Shown here piece by piece: positions 10,415 to 20,160 of a stretch of DNA of 64,000 bases (position 1 is its first letter; each line of letters starts with the position of its first letter). The position numbers were made by a program, and so were the translations under genes. Origin of the DNA: a virus. A model generated the notes under the pieces. The model had not been told where the DNA came from. It saw nothing but the letters and a program-made list of their open reading frames with translations, and did not search any database. The stretch lies in the IMG/VR virus record IMGVR_UViG_3300005403_000006. The stretch is one strand, 5' to 3'.

Positions 10415-10998
10415 GTTTTAGGTGTAATGTCAGTTAATACTCTTTTAAATCCATACAGTCCTAAAAACAAATCTAATTCCTCAACTTGTACACAACCTTT
10501 ATACACTTGTTCCAAATTTATTTCTGAATAAATAATATCAATACATTCAAGGGTGTTAATAGCTCCTTTAAATACTTCTAATTCATATCCTTGAACATCA
10601 ATATTAATCATATTGTAAACAGTCTTTAAATTCATGTCATCCAACCTAAACATTGATACAGTTTCCATAGTATCAAACGTTATGTTAGGATATTTATTTA
10701 AATGTGTTCCGGGTTCTAATACAGAACAACTCATTCCATGATTAGCAGTCTCCACAAACATATCAACTATTCCTGTTTTATTGCCTAATGCCACATTAAA
10801 TGCTTTAATATGTTCATTTCTTGGAATTTGTTTAACTAATTCTCTGAAATTACTATTAATAGGCTCAAAGAATACCATTTCAGAAATTCCTTGTTTTTTG
10901 TAAGCATTATATTCCTGCCCACAATGTGCACCGATATGAATAACACCTTTTATGTTTATTTTATAATCGGTTACTATTTTATTTAATGGAATAATCAT
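10384..10998 (-). CDS. FkbM-family methyltransferase (likely sugar O-methyltransferase)
   Basis: The blocks IHIGAHCGQE and IDVQGYELEVFKGA are typical of the FkbM methyltransferase domain. Confidence 0.7.
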   Translation of the reverse strand: MIIPLNKIVTDYKINIKGVIHIGAHCGQEYNAYKKQGISEMVFFEPINSNFRELVKQIPRNEHIKAFNVALGNKTGIVDMFVETANHGMSCSVLEPGTHLNKYPNITFDTMETVSMFRLDDMNLKTVYNMINIDVQGYELEVFKGAINTLECIDIIYSEINLEQVYKGCVQVEELDLFLGLYGFKRVLTDITPKTWGDALYLKR

Positions 10999-11771
10999 AA
11001 AGCAATCCAGTGTTTAGGAAAATTATAACTCAACCCCGTTAATACTCCTTCTTTAACTCTCCAATTCTTAGGAGCAATAACTATATCAGTGTCATTTTTA
11101 TTAATTAAAGCGGACCAATAACTGAAGGTACTGTTTGCAATTATCTTTGTTTTACATATCCTCATTAATTCAAAAGAATGATGCACATTGGTGTTAACAA
11201 AAGTGATGTTTCTTCCAAAATACTCTTCCTTAAATAATTCTTTACACCAATCTAAATCATCACTAAAAACAAATAAATCTCCTTTAGTTCTTGAAATAGC
11301 TTCAATATAATATACAAAAGGAAGCACATAACAAGCATTTTTTGAAACGTAATCACCCCTACGAACATGTACCATTACTGATTCTGTTTCCTCAATCTGT
11401 TTTTTGTACTTTAAAAATTCTTCTGTATAAAATTCAGGTTTTAACACAAATTCATTTTTTAATCTATCTAATACTGTGGAATAATACATAGGATGTTGCC
11501 AGTACCCTTTAAAAGTACCCGTAAGTGATCTAACCTGCTCCACCCATTTAGTATTAAATTTACGTATCATTGATTCCCACAACCCTCGGGGAGTTCCTGA
11601 ATTAGTAAAAGTTATGTTTACATTAAATTTTTCAATTTCAAAAGGCCTTTCTGGGTCACGAGGAACATTATACCATTCTTTATTGAATATCACGTCCTCT
11701 CCCATTGCTTTACCAAAAGCATATTGATAAAATTGATTCCCTAAACCTCCACAAAATCTAACTATTCTCAT
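10995..11771 (-). CDS. alpha-1,2-fucosyltransferase (GT11)
   Basis: The N-terminal GGLGNQFYQYAFG and the HVRRGDY motif are both diagnostic of GT11. Confidence 0.85.
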   Translation of the reverse strand: MRIVRFCGGLGNQFYQYAFGKAMGEDVIFNKEWYNVPRDPERPFEIEKFNVNITFTNSGTPRGLWESMIRKFNTKWVEQVRSLTGTFKGYWQHPMYYSTVLDRLKNEFVLKPEFYTEEFLKYKKQIEETESVMVHVRRGDYVSKNACYVLPFVYYIEAISRTKGDLFVFSDDLDWCKELFKEEYFGRNITFVNTNVHHSFELMRICKTKIIANSTFSYWSALINKNDTDIVIAPKNWRVKEGVLTGLSYNFPKHWIAL

Positions 11772-12454
11772 ATAATCTGTTTTAAACTTATTCTTGGAAA
11801 ATTTTCGATTGCACTTTTTGGATTTACATTTATTATTTCTACTCCTAATTCTTTGGCATCTTTCGCAATTGCTGGAAACCCTAATAAATGCCTAGCAAAA
11901 GGAAGTTTATGAGGAGGGCGTTTATTTGTGTTTCTACCATAAACATTATGCCAGTGTTCATTTTCTTTGTTATTCAAGTTCATATCAAATCCTAACAAAA
12001 AAATCCTTTTAGCCCCTAAATGATATGCTAAATTAATTGCAGCGGCTCCGCTATTCCCATTCCAACTAACATGACTACTTCTGGTAGTGATTCCTTGTGA
12101 TTTATTATTGTCTTTTGGAATATATTTTATCCATTCTTTTTGTGCTTTATCCTGACAAGATGATTTTACTCCTTTAAAATCTGCCAATCCTTGTTGATGA
12201 CTTAAATAAAATCCATTATCTCCAAAAAACACAATATCAATAATAGTTTCTCCTAACAAATAAGCAGCATTAACACCAATAACATGTTTATTTTTTAAAT
12301 AAGATAGGTAAGGAGTATAACTTGATGGGTTTAGCGTTCCATTAGAAACCCTTTCTACTATGTTAGAAGGAATTTCAAATTGTTCGGAAACTGATGGCCC
12401 TCCACCAACAATCCAACAGTCACCTCCTTCCCATATCTTTGGTATTTTCCACAT
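11768..12454 (-). CDS. DUF115/Maf-like putative glycosyltransferase
   Basis: CWIVGGGPSV and SGAAAINLAYHLGAKRIFLLGFDMN resemble the MptE-like/DUF115 fold found in motility-associated-factor protein glycosyltransferases. Confidence 0.35.
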   Translation of the reverse strand: MWKIPKIWEGGDCWIVGGGPSVSEQFEIPSNIVERVSNGTLNPSSYTPYLSYLKNKHVIGVNAAYLLGETIIDIVFFGDNGFYLSHQQGLADFKGVKSSCQDKAQKEWIKYIPKDNNKSQGITTRSSHVSWNGNSGAAAINLAYHLGAKRIFLLGFDMNLNNKENEHWHNVYGRNTNKRPPHKLPFARHLLGFPAIAKDAKELGVEIINVNPKSAIENFPRISLKQII

Positions 12455-12819
12455 TACTTTGAGAGGTCTTCAATAAGTTTATCAGCAACCTCTTTTTCAA
12501 GAGGTTTCTCATTTAATACTTTTCCAGCAGGGTTTACAATGTTAAATAACCCTCTTTTAACTTCTTTTAAAGTGTAAACAACCGGAGAAGGTGCAATATC
12601 TTTTTTAACCTCTTCAACTACACCATCCACTGGTATAATCACATCACGGAATTGAGTAGGAATTAACTCCTTTTGCATCCTAAATATTTCACCAGGTTTG
12701 ATAATTTTACTACCAATCCTTAATGAACCTCCACCTATTTTCTTCCATCTAGGAAGTATTTCGGAAGATATTTCTGTAGGTAAAATAATGCCCTTACCTG
12801 GTTTAATTGTTCTTTCCAT
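12454..12819 (-). CDS. hypothetical protein between the capsid gene and the glycan island
   Basis: 121-aa ORF on the coding strand that abuts 11768..12454. No recognisable motif. Confidence 0.5.
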   Translation of the reverse strand: MERTIKPGKGIILPTEISSEILPRWKKIGGGSLRIGSKIIKPGEIFRMQKELIPTQFRDVIIPVDGVVEEVKKDIAPSPVVYTLKEVKRGLFNIVNPAGKVLNEKPLEKEVADKLIEDLSK

Positions 12820-12865
12820 TTCTTTATATTTTTAATAAATAAAGGCTTGATTAGCCATTAATACT

Positions 12866-13978
12866 CTACGCCAAATGTACAATACCACTATTTCCGTTTT
12901 GGTCACTACGAATTTGTGGAACTTGTATAGTGAGAACTTTATATTTGGTAACAAATTTACCTTCAACAGTCCATTCAACATTCTGTAATCCCATTCCACG
13001 TACTAAACGAACTACATCAGGAGTCATTTGTACTAGCAACACATTATCAGCAGTCAAAGTATCTACAACCTTAATAGCCGTAATATTAGAGATTTTCAAA
13101 ATCCTCTCACGAATAGTAGTACCGGGAGTAGTTGCATCATAATCAGAATCTAAAACCGTTTCATACCCAGTAGGAATATACAATGTATATGGTCCGTAAT
13201 GTTTAGCATTGATTGCAGTTTGCTTTAATGAAAGCACTTGGTCAACTATTGTTTTACCTCCATTAGCTGTATCACTATCAAAATCTAAATCATCCCAATG
13301 AGTTCCAATAGATACTGTATTACGGTCAGGGTGATTAACATACGAATAAATTGTATTTAATGACCTTGAATCTTTTTCACCAAAAGAATAAGTAGTATTG
13401 GTAAACAACATTGATTCCAACTTTTCAGAAACTCTACGGGCAGCCATTTCTGCGGTAGTAGTGTCAAGTGGATTTCCTAAACTACGACTTGCTGCTAATA
13501 CCCTTGCATTGATTTCATAATCAACGTGAATAATAGGGATAGGCAAGTAGTTGTGTTTAAAATTAGGCCTGTCATTCTTACTTCTGGTAACACCGTCCAT
13601 AGTCAAAGCAGCTTCCATATTATCAGAAACATCATGCCATTCAAGAACTGTGGTTCCCATAGCATTTCCCAGGTTGTACACAAGATTTTTATCAATCAAA
13701 TCCTGAATACCTCCTAAACGAGTGCGACTAATTTGTAAAATAGCATCATCTAATGTTTTCCACTCATCCCTACGAAGAGTTGCATTAACATTCAATTGTT
13801 TGGTAATATAGCTATTTACATTCTTAGGATCTCCTCCTACATAAGCAGTAATGTACGTATTACTATCCTTGCCAATATAAGGGCGCATAGCTCCTACATT
13901 CAGTCCATTATTTTGCAATTGCCCAGCTACTTCACCGTGCCCTTGTCCATTTACAATTAAATCTACATTTGTATTCAT
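12866..13978 (-). CDS. major capsid protein (putative)
   Basis: 370 aa with a very strong RBS (AAAAAAAGGAGG, 6 nt before the ATG). It lies downstream of the portal, Mu F-like, scaffold-like and decoration-like ORFs. Confidence 0.6.
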   Translation of the reverse strand: MNTNVDLIVNGQGHGEVAGQLQNNGLNVGAMRPYIGKDSNTYITAYVGGDPKNVNSYITKQLNVNATLRRDEWKTLDDAILQISRTRLGGIQDLIDKNLVYNLGNAMGTTVLEWHDVSDNMEAALTMDGVTRSKNDRPNFKHNYLPIPIIHVDYEINARVLAASRSLGNPLDTTTAEMAARRVSEKLESMLFTNTTYSFGEKDSRSLNTIYSYVNHPDRNTVSIGTHWDDLDFDSDTANGGKTIVDQVLSLKQTAINAKHYGPYTLYIPTGYETVLDSDYDATTPGTTIRERILKISNITAIKVVDTLTADNVLLVQMTPDVVRLVRGMGLQNVEWTVEGKFVTKYKVLTIQVPQIRSDQNGNSGIVHLA

Positions 13979-13993
13979 AGCATCCTCCTTTTT

Positions 13994-14491
13994 TTAAATT
14001 ATTTGAACTTTAATCCATTGTGAATTAGTTTCTAATGAGGATTCTGAACCTTCAAGTGCTGAAAGGTCTTGGGCTTCCAAGGCAATTCCTACTATATGTT
14101 GGCTATAAATTGAATGTGCTTGTTGGGCATCATTTGATTCCCAACTTTCATTAGAACGGCTTACCTTTCTTAAATTACCATTACCTGCTGATTCTAATGA
14201 ATCACCAATTATGACATTCTCACCATCATTTAAACGGGCATAAACAATGTCACCTCTCATAGCAACCCAAACCTGAACTTGGTCAGCAGCAGCATACGCC
14301 TCAGAAATTGTTTTACCTTGTAAATCATCCTCAACAGCAAACAAGCCTCCTTGAGTTCTACCAGCAAGGGAATGTGCTTGTACCTTTCCTGCCGAAGTAA
14401 TCTCCAATAACATCCCAGGAGTAATTGCAGCAGCAGCCACATATTCTTCTTGATGTTGGAGATAATTTTTTAACTTAATCGTGTTATACAT
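13994..14491 (-). CDS. head decoration / auxiliary capsid protein (tentative)
   Basis: 165-aa ORF directly upstream of the capsid gene with a strong RBS (AAAGGAGGAGAAATG). Confidence 0.35.
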   Translation of the reverse strand: MYNTIKLKNYLQHQEEYVAAAAITPGMLLEITSAGKVQAHSLAGRTQGGLFAVEDDLQGKTISEAYAAADQVQVWVAMRGDIVYARLNDGENVIIGDSLESAGNGNLRKVSRSNESWESNDAQQAHSIYSQHIVGIALEAQDLSALEGSESSLETNSQWIKVQII

Positions 14492-14506
14492 TTCTCCTCC
14501 TTTTTA

Positions 14507-16015
14507 TTATTTAGTTTCCATTTCAATCCCAGCGGGATATAATGGAGCTTCTTTACTTACATTTACAGAAACACCACTATTAATATACACACCTGTTGTA
14601 TTAGGTACTTCCTTTACAGGAATAGAGTTTGCAATACGTTCTAATGTATCATTAGACATATTGTTCAATGTAGCAGTATCCCACACACCTTCTGCGGTAT
14701 TAGCTACAATTTTCTGTACTAAGCCATCCCGATGAGCTTTTAGTTGCTGCTTTCCAAATTCTAAAGCACTTTTATCCTCGGCACTCAACTGCTCAACGGC
14801 ATTTGTTTGTACTTCTTTTTTCACTTCTTTAGGAACCATTTTGGTAAGTTGTTCCTCTGAAAGAGTTTCCAACCATACCTTATCGGCCTCAACGAAATTT
14901 GTCCCAACATGAGCAATTAACCCTGCGGCCAATTCATTTACTTTTGCCATTTCATTACCTCCTTTTTCATTAACATTAAATTTTGTTCTTTTCATATTTA
15001 CCGCAATTTCATACGATACTTTTTTAACCACACTAATAGGTTCTCCGTCAAACGCAACTACACCTGAATCATTAATAGTGTACTTTTGTTTATACAAAGA
15101 AGAACCTCTCCTTTGGTTTCTGGATTCAATTCTATACACTATGGTATTGTCATTGCTGACATCTTCCAAATAGTACATAGTTTCTCCATTATCCATGTTG
15201 TCAATAAACCGCCGTATCAGATTTACTCTTTCTAATATACCCACCTCATTAATTTGTAAACATTCGGCACATACATTAGTTGAGAGTAAACCTAAATTTA
15301 AAGGCTTTACTGATTCAAGCAATTGGTTTAATTCATTACTACTCATATCTTCTTTTTTATAAGTAATTAACTCCTTAAACACATCCTGTTTTGTCATAAG
15401 CTGTCCTCCTTTCACATTATCATTAATATTTAATTTATTTTCACTTTTACTATTTACACGTATTCCACAACCATCTTCCGTAGAACACGCTCCTCTATCA
15501 AATGGAAGTATTGCTAAATGGTCAGGTATATGATTTATTGCTTCATTTGTAATAACCACACTTCCATCATCCATTACAAGTTGTGTCTCCCTTACATCTG
15601 TGAACACACCTACACTAACATTTATAATCTCACCTCCGTTAATACGATGTAATAAGTCAGGTTGATACGCCGTCATCTTTGTAATATCCAACCATGCCTC
15701 AGCTTTTAATTGGGGACCTTCTACACGTGTATTTCGTATGATACCTACTTTATCATGGTCTTTTACACATTCTGAATTAGCAGATACGTAGTTATCACCT
15801 TCCTTAGGATGATTAATAACTATTGGAATATTATTCCAATCGGGTTTCCCTAATTCTGTAATACTATGATACAAAGGTCCCATAGACCCACTATGTACTC
15901 CATCTTGCATCATAATAACAGGAACCACTAAATAGTTTCTACCATCTAATATTTCATTCCGTGCCGTATAATTTGAGGTACGAAAATTGATGTTAATTAT
16001 TTTGTTTTCCATCAT
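14507..16015 (-). CDS. scaffolding and/or prohead-protease-like protein (tentative)
   Basis: 502-aa ORF between the Mu F-like gene and the decoration/capsid genes. The C-terminal half is coil- and charge-rich. Confidence 0.3.
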   Translation of the reverse strand: MMENKIININFRTSNYTARNEILDGRNYLVVPVIMMQDGVHSGSMGPLYHSITELGKPDWNNIPIVINHPKEGDNYVSANSECVKDHDKVGIIRNTRVEGPQLKAEAWLDITKMTAYQPDLLHRINGGEIINVSVGVFTDVRETQLVMDDGSVVITNEAINHIPDHLAILPFDRGACSTEDGCGIRVNSKSENKLNINDNVKGGQLMTKQDVFKELITYKKEDMSSNELNQLLESVKPLNLGLLSTNVCAECLQINEVGILERVNLIRRFIDNMDNGETMYYLEDVSNDNTIVYRIESRNQRRGSSLYKQKYTINDSGVVAFDGEPISVVKKVSYEIAVNMKRTKFNVNEKGGNEMAKVNELAAGLIAHVGTNFVEADKVWLETLSEEQLTKMVPKEVKKEVQTNAVEQLSAEDKSALEFGKQQLKAHRDGLVQKIVANTAEGVWDTATLNNMSNDTLERIANSIPVKEVPNTTGVYINSGVSVNVSKEAPLYPAGIEMETK

Positions 16016-16017
16016 AT

Positions 16018-16944
16018 TCAGGTTTTAATTACTTCATAAGGAAGTGCAATACATCTACAATTCGGATGCTGAGGCACCAGATTCATTGCTTCATCTAAAG
16101 TATAAAAGTTTCCTTCTAGTGCATTGCAAGCAGGACAAACTTGATTATCTCCAGCAGTTAAAATCTCTGCCATAATATACACTCCAACATCACTATATGA
16201 CCTGTACTGATTAATAGTGGCTCTATGGTGGGCTCTTACTATTTCAGTACGTGCCAATGTTTCAGCTCTTCTTTGTGCAGGAATGAAACGCCCTAAGCTA
16301 TCAGTTATCCCTAAATCACCTAAACCCTTACCATTAATTGCTGCTACTAATTTATCAGCAATCTTCTTTGCACTATCACCATTTGCTAATCCTTCCGCTA
16401 ATACAGTACGTATAACATGCTCCATTGCAACCGTAATCTCTTTTAGATTAGTAAATACTCTATTATAGAGTACATCTAAGGCTTCCATATGCAAAGAGGT
16501 TCTCATCATTTGTTCAATAGTAGGAGCATCTACTCTCATTCCTATTTTTTGCATTTCCAAAGCACCTCGTTGTATTCCTCTTTTGTATCCTTCAAAAATA
16601 TATTTGTTTTGCCACATAGAGCTCATTTGTTGCATTAGCTCCAATTCAAAAATAATTGCTTCTACTTGAGAATTAAACCATAACATAAATGCAGCAACTT
16701 TTTCAGCATTAGTAGGATGGTCAAATTGATTACGTCCTGCTGCATTTGCCATATTAACTGATAAAGAATTGCTCAAACCAAAACAATCATTTCCTACTAT
16801 ACTTTCCTGTACTATACGGGTCAGTTTAACAAACCGTCGTTTAAAATCAGCAACAAATGAAGTACGCAAAGTCAAGGTTCTTGTTGGGTCATACCTTTCT
16901 TTCTGTACCCTAGTATAAGTTTGTATATTACAAGTATCACACAT
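16018..16944 (-). CDS. head morphogenesis protein (SPP1 gp7 / Mu F family)
   Basis: The C-terminal PQHPNCRCI motif is characteristic of the family. The track starts this ORF at 16986, but the ATG at 16944 lies 1 nt after the portal stop and is the more likely start. Confidence 0.7.
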   Translation of the reverse strand: MCDTCNIQTYTRVQKERYDPTRTLTLRTSFVADFKRRFVKLTRIVQESIVGNDCFGLSNSLSVNMANAAGRNQFDHPTNAEKVAAFMLWFNSQVEAIIFELELMQQMSSMWQNKYIFEGYKRGIQRGALEMQKIGMRVDAPTIEQMMRTSLHMEALDVLYNRVFTNLKEITVAMEHVIRTVLAEGLANGDSAKKIADKLVAAINGKGLGDLGITDSLGRFIPAQRRAETLARTEIVRAHHRATINQYRSYSDVGVYIMAEILTAGDNQVCPACNALEGNFYTLDEAMNLVPQHPNCRCIALPYEVIKT

Positions 16945-16945
16945 A

Positions 16946-18397
16946 TTATACAGGTTTAGTTTTAGTTTTAATGACTGGAGTAACAACAGGAGGGAATTCC
17001 TCTGCTAATTCAGCATCTTCCCTATTGCTTTTAATTTCCTCCGAAAGGGCTGACCCTTGCAATTGTTTTACCCTTGCAATCTGTACATCTGATAAGCCTA
17101 GAAACAATTCCTGGAATGCCTCAGGACTTATTATCTCCTGAGCACCTATCATTGTGGCATATTCACGCAAGGCATTTGCTCTAGTTTGCCCTACTTCTGC
17201 TTTACTCTTTTCAGAAGGAGCAAATAAATCTTCCCAAAGAATACTGTACGATTCAGAAATTCCTTTGGGAAGTATTCCATATTTAATACAAAAATCCACA
17301 AATTGTTTGATTATTTGCGTTTCTGCATATTCTCTCCTAGTGCTTATATAAGTATCCCATGTATCTTTATCCTGCGTACTACTTAATTCACCTCTTTCAC
17401 TTCCTGTTAATATCCTCTTTGGGATATTTGTCTTTGCACTAATCAACTGTATTTGAACATCAAGATGATTAGAAGGGTCAGCGATTTGTTGAGCCAATGA
17501 AGTAAAATCCACTCCATCGTTAACTAAAATACGCCTAAGGTTATGTTCGTATTCATCTAATTGGTCCTGTAAATCTAATTTGGTGGCAGGAGTCATTTGA
17601 TAATCTTTATCTACTTTACCTTGGTACCCAGGACGAGCCCCTCGCCAATACATTTCAGAATCACCTCCTACTATTTTCTCAACATTAAGCAGTAGATTAA
17701 ATACTGCCTCTAATACAGGTGTACCAATAAGGTCATTTTCTAAAACATCCTGTGCAATATGTATAACTCTGGTATAATGTACATTTATTGTGGAGGTACT
17801 TACTGTGTTAAGTGAAGAACCCACTATATCATTAGTTACTGTTATTTGGTAAATAACAGGATGTCCGTATCGTTCTGAGGTGATATTTGTTTCAACAGTA
17901 TTTATAGTAACATTTCCTTGCCCAAAAGGTTTTACATATAATAATTTACGAGTTCCTTCTTTTACAGGATTTTTAAATCCTTCCAAATCAGCAACATCAT
18001 CTAATCCTATTAGTAAAATACCAAACTGTCCTAAGCAGGTTAATGTATCTACTCGTATAAAAATAGATTTTAATTTAAAATCTTTTATTAGTTTTTCGTA
18101 GGCTTCCTCTAATTTAGTATTCTCTGTAATACCATCTTCACTAAGAAGTATATCTCCTCCCCAAGTCGCCTTTACAGGGCGGTCAATTATTGCATAGGCT
18201 AAATCTTGTCTTTTATATCGGGCATAATAATTTTTATATTCCAAAGAAGTAGGGTACCCTAATATCTGGAATATGTCACGGTTCCCATCATAAGTCTGCA
18301 CTCCCATGGCTGCCGCTAGTTGTATCCTGTTTACTATGTCAGAACTAAGGGTAACTAATTTCTTTGAATTTTTTGTACGTTCCATAGCGTATCCCAT
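16946..18397 (-). CDS. portal protein
   Basis: 483 aa, located between terL and the Mu F-like head morphogenesis gene. It has an acidic C-terminus. Confidence 0.65.
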   Translation of the reverse strand: MGYAMERTKNSKKLVTLSSDIVNRIQLAAAMGVQTYDGNRDIFQILGYPTSLEYKNYYARYKRQDLAYAIIDRPVKATWGGDILLSEDGITENTKLEEAYEKLIKDFKLKSIFIRVDTLTCLGQFGILLIGLDDVADLEGFKNPVKEGTRKLLYVKPFGQGNVTINTVETNITSERYGHPVIYQITVTNDIVGSSLNTVSTSTINVHYTRVIHIAQDVLENDLIGTPVLEAVFNLLLNVEKIVGGDSEMYWRGARPGYQGKVDKDYQMTPATKLDLQDQLDEYEHNLRRILVNDGVDFTSLAQQIADPSNHLDVQIQLISAKTNIPKRILTGSERGELSSTQDKDTWDTYISTRREYAETQIIKQFVDFCIKYGILPKGISESYSILWEDLFAPSEKSKAEVGQTRANALREYATMIGAQEIISPEAFQELFLGLSDVQIARVKQLQGSALSEEIKSNREDAELAEEFPPVVTPVIKTKTKPV

Positions 18398-18411
18398 ATT
18401 TTTATAAAGTG

Positions 18412-18442
18412 TAAATATACAGTATTATGCAACACCATCAAA
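18412..18442 (-). promoter_or_regulatory. candidate promoter upstream of the portal gene (TTTG-N19-TATATTTA)
   Basis: The -33 element and spacing are correct, and the last base of the -7 box deviates. It lies in the 119-bp gap between terL and the portal gene. Confidence 0.35.
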
Positions 18443-18516
18443 ATAAAATATAATATTTTTTATTTCTACTAAAAAAGAAAGCCACTCCTAACCTAATACT
18501 AATCCTGTATTACCTG

Positions 18517-20043
18517 TTAAAATACTCGTCCTGCTATTTTCTTTTTAACTAACATATTAAAAGCGGCAGAACTTGCATCAACTTGGTCTTTAAACCTTCC
18601 TACTGGAAAAAATCTAAGTTCTTCTATATATGCTGTATTCCAAGGACCATATAACAAAGACACATTTCCGTTATTAACTTGCACACTATATGGGTCTGCT
18701 CTTTTTTCTTTATCACCCGTAGGGCGGTCGGCATAAACACTAAATCCTGCTAAATTCCTAATAGAGTTCTCCGCACTTTCTTTCCCACCACTACCGGGTT
18801 CCTGTTCAATGTAAATGATAACCTCTCTGCCATCACTCTGTGCAGTCTGTTTCATTATATCTTCTCTCCTACCTGTCCCCCATTGTCCTCTTACAATATC
18901 TTCAATTAACCATCTACCATTCAATAAGTGTGCCATTAATACTCCCGTAGTATATGCTCCTCCTCCTTCTGTTCCTGCCTTATCCCAATACCTGCATCTT
19001 CCAATCACAAAAGCAGGATTAGGAGATTTAGTAGTAATAACAATATTATCTACTTTAAACATACCTCCTGCTGGGTTAGTAGGATGCTGTCCAATTTGCC
19101 CAGCATATCCGTACTGTCCTAAATCTGTCTTTAATTCATCTAATACTTTTTGACTTAAACGCCTAGGATCCAGCAACCCGTCTTTATAATACTTTGCAGC
19201 ACTTTGTGGTTTAAGCTGCCCTCCAAATTCGTTAATATCCCCTGGGAGAACTATGTGGTTTATCTTTTTATTTAACTTAACTAGTTGATGTCCGGTTACG
19301 TCATTCTCATGCAACCTTTGCATTATTCCTATGGTAAGTGTATTTGCTTTGTTTGTTTTCCTAGTAGGAAGTGTAGAATCTATCCAAATGTTTGCTTTTT
19401 CCAATAGGGCTTTACTTAATGCTTCCTGAGGGTTTAAAGGGTCGTCCCAAATTATGATGTCACCATGAAATCCCGTCAATGACCCTCCAATTGAGGTACT
19501 AAATCTGTTTCCTCCGTTAAGTTTCTTAGGGGTATTATATTTATTTATCCCCCATTCTAGTTTCATTATCTTGAAATTGGATTTAGTGTCCTTATCTTCT
19601 TTCAATACTAGGTCTGGGTAAATCTGTTTGAATCGGTCGTCCCGTACTAAATCCCGGCTGTATTCAGCACTTTCTAATGATAGAGTAGCCGAATATGAAA
19701 CGGTAATGAACCTCATCCAATACCAACGTGTCCAACACCATACTGGAAACATTATACTAACTATAATAGTTTTGGTAGTCCCAGGAGGTATGTTGATTAT
19801 AATGTCTTCTACTTTTGCGGTTCTTTCTCCTACTTTAGTGGCTGCCTCCTGCAATATGTCACATATATATTTAACGTGCCAATTGTCTTGATATTCCTGT
19901 CCACTAATTACGTCCCAAAAAAATAATAGGAATTTATAAAAACTTCTATTATTCTCCTCCCTAATAATTAAATCCTGATGCTGGAGTAGCAACTTCATTT
20001 TATTCACTTTGGACACCTTAGTCCTTTTTATGTCTTCATTCAT
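18517..20043 (-). CDS. terL: terminase large subunit
   Basis: The N-terminal ATPase has IINIPPGTTKT (Walker A-like) and IIIWDDP (Walker B-like). The C-terminal nuclease region contains YIEQEPGSGGK. Confidence 0.8.
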   Translation of the reverse strand: MNEDIKRTKVSKVNKMKLLLQHQDLIIREENNRSFYKFLLFFWDVISGQEYQDNWHVKYICDILQEAATKVGERTAKVEDIIINIPPGTTKTIIVSIMFPVWCWTRWYWMRFITVSYSATLSLESAEYSRDLVRDDRFKQIYPDLVLKEDKDTKSNFKIMKLEWGINKYNTPKKLNGGNRFSTSIGGSLTGFHGDIIIWDDPLNPQEALSKALLEKANIWIDSTLPTRKTNKANTLTIGIMQRLHENDVTGHQLVKLNKKINHIVLPGDINEFGGQLKPQSAAKYYKDGLLDPRRLSQKVLDELKTDLGQYGYAGQIGQHPTNPAGGMFKVDNIVITTKSPNPAFVIGRCRYWDKAGTEGGGAYTTGVLMAHLLNGRWLIEDIVRGQWGTGRREDIMKQTAQSDGREVIIYIEQEPGSGGKESAENSIRNLAGFSVYADRPTGDKEKRADPYSVQVNNGNVSLLYGPWNTAYIEELRFFPVGRFKDQVDASSAAFNMLVKKKIAGRVF

Positions 20044-20160
20044 ACTATATGTTTAACAGATTATAATATGTACCAAGCAGTAACACCTACTAAAATTACT
20101 AAAATAGTTCCTAAAATTAAGGTAATTTTATTATCAAATTGTCTAACTTCTTCCCAAAAG

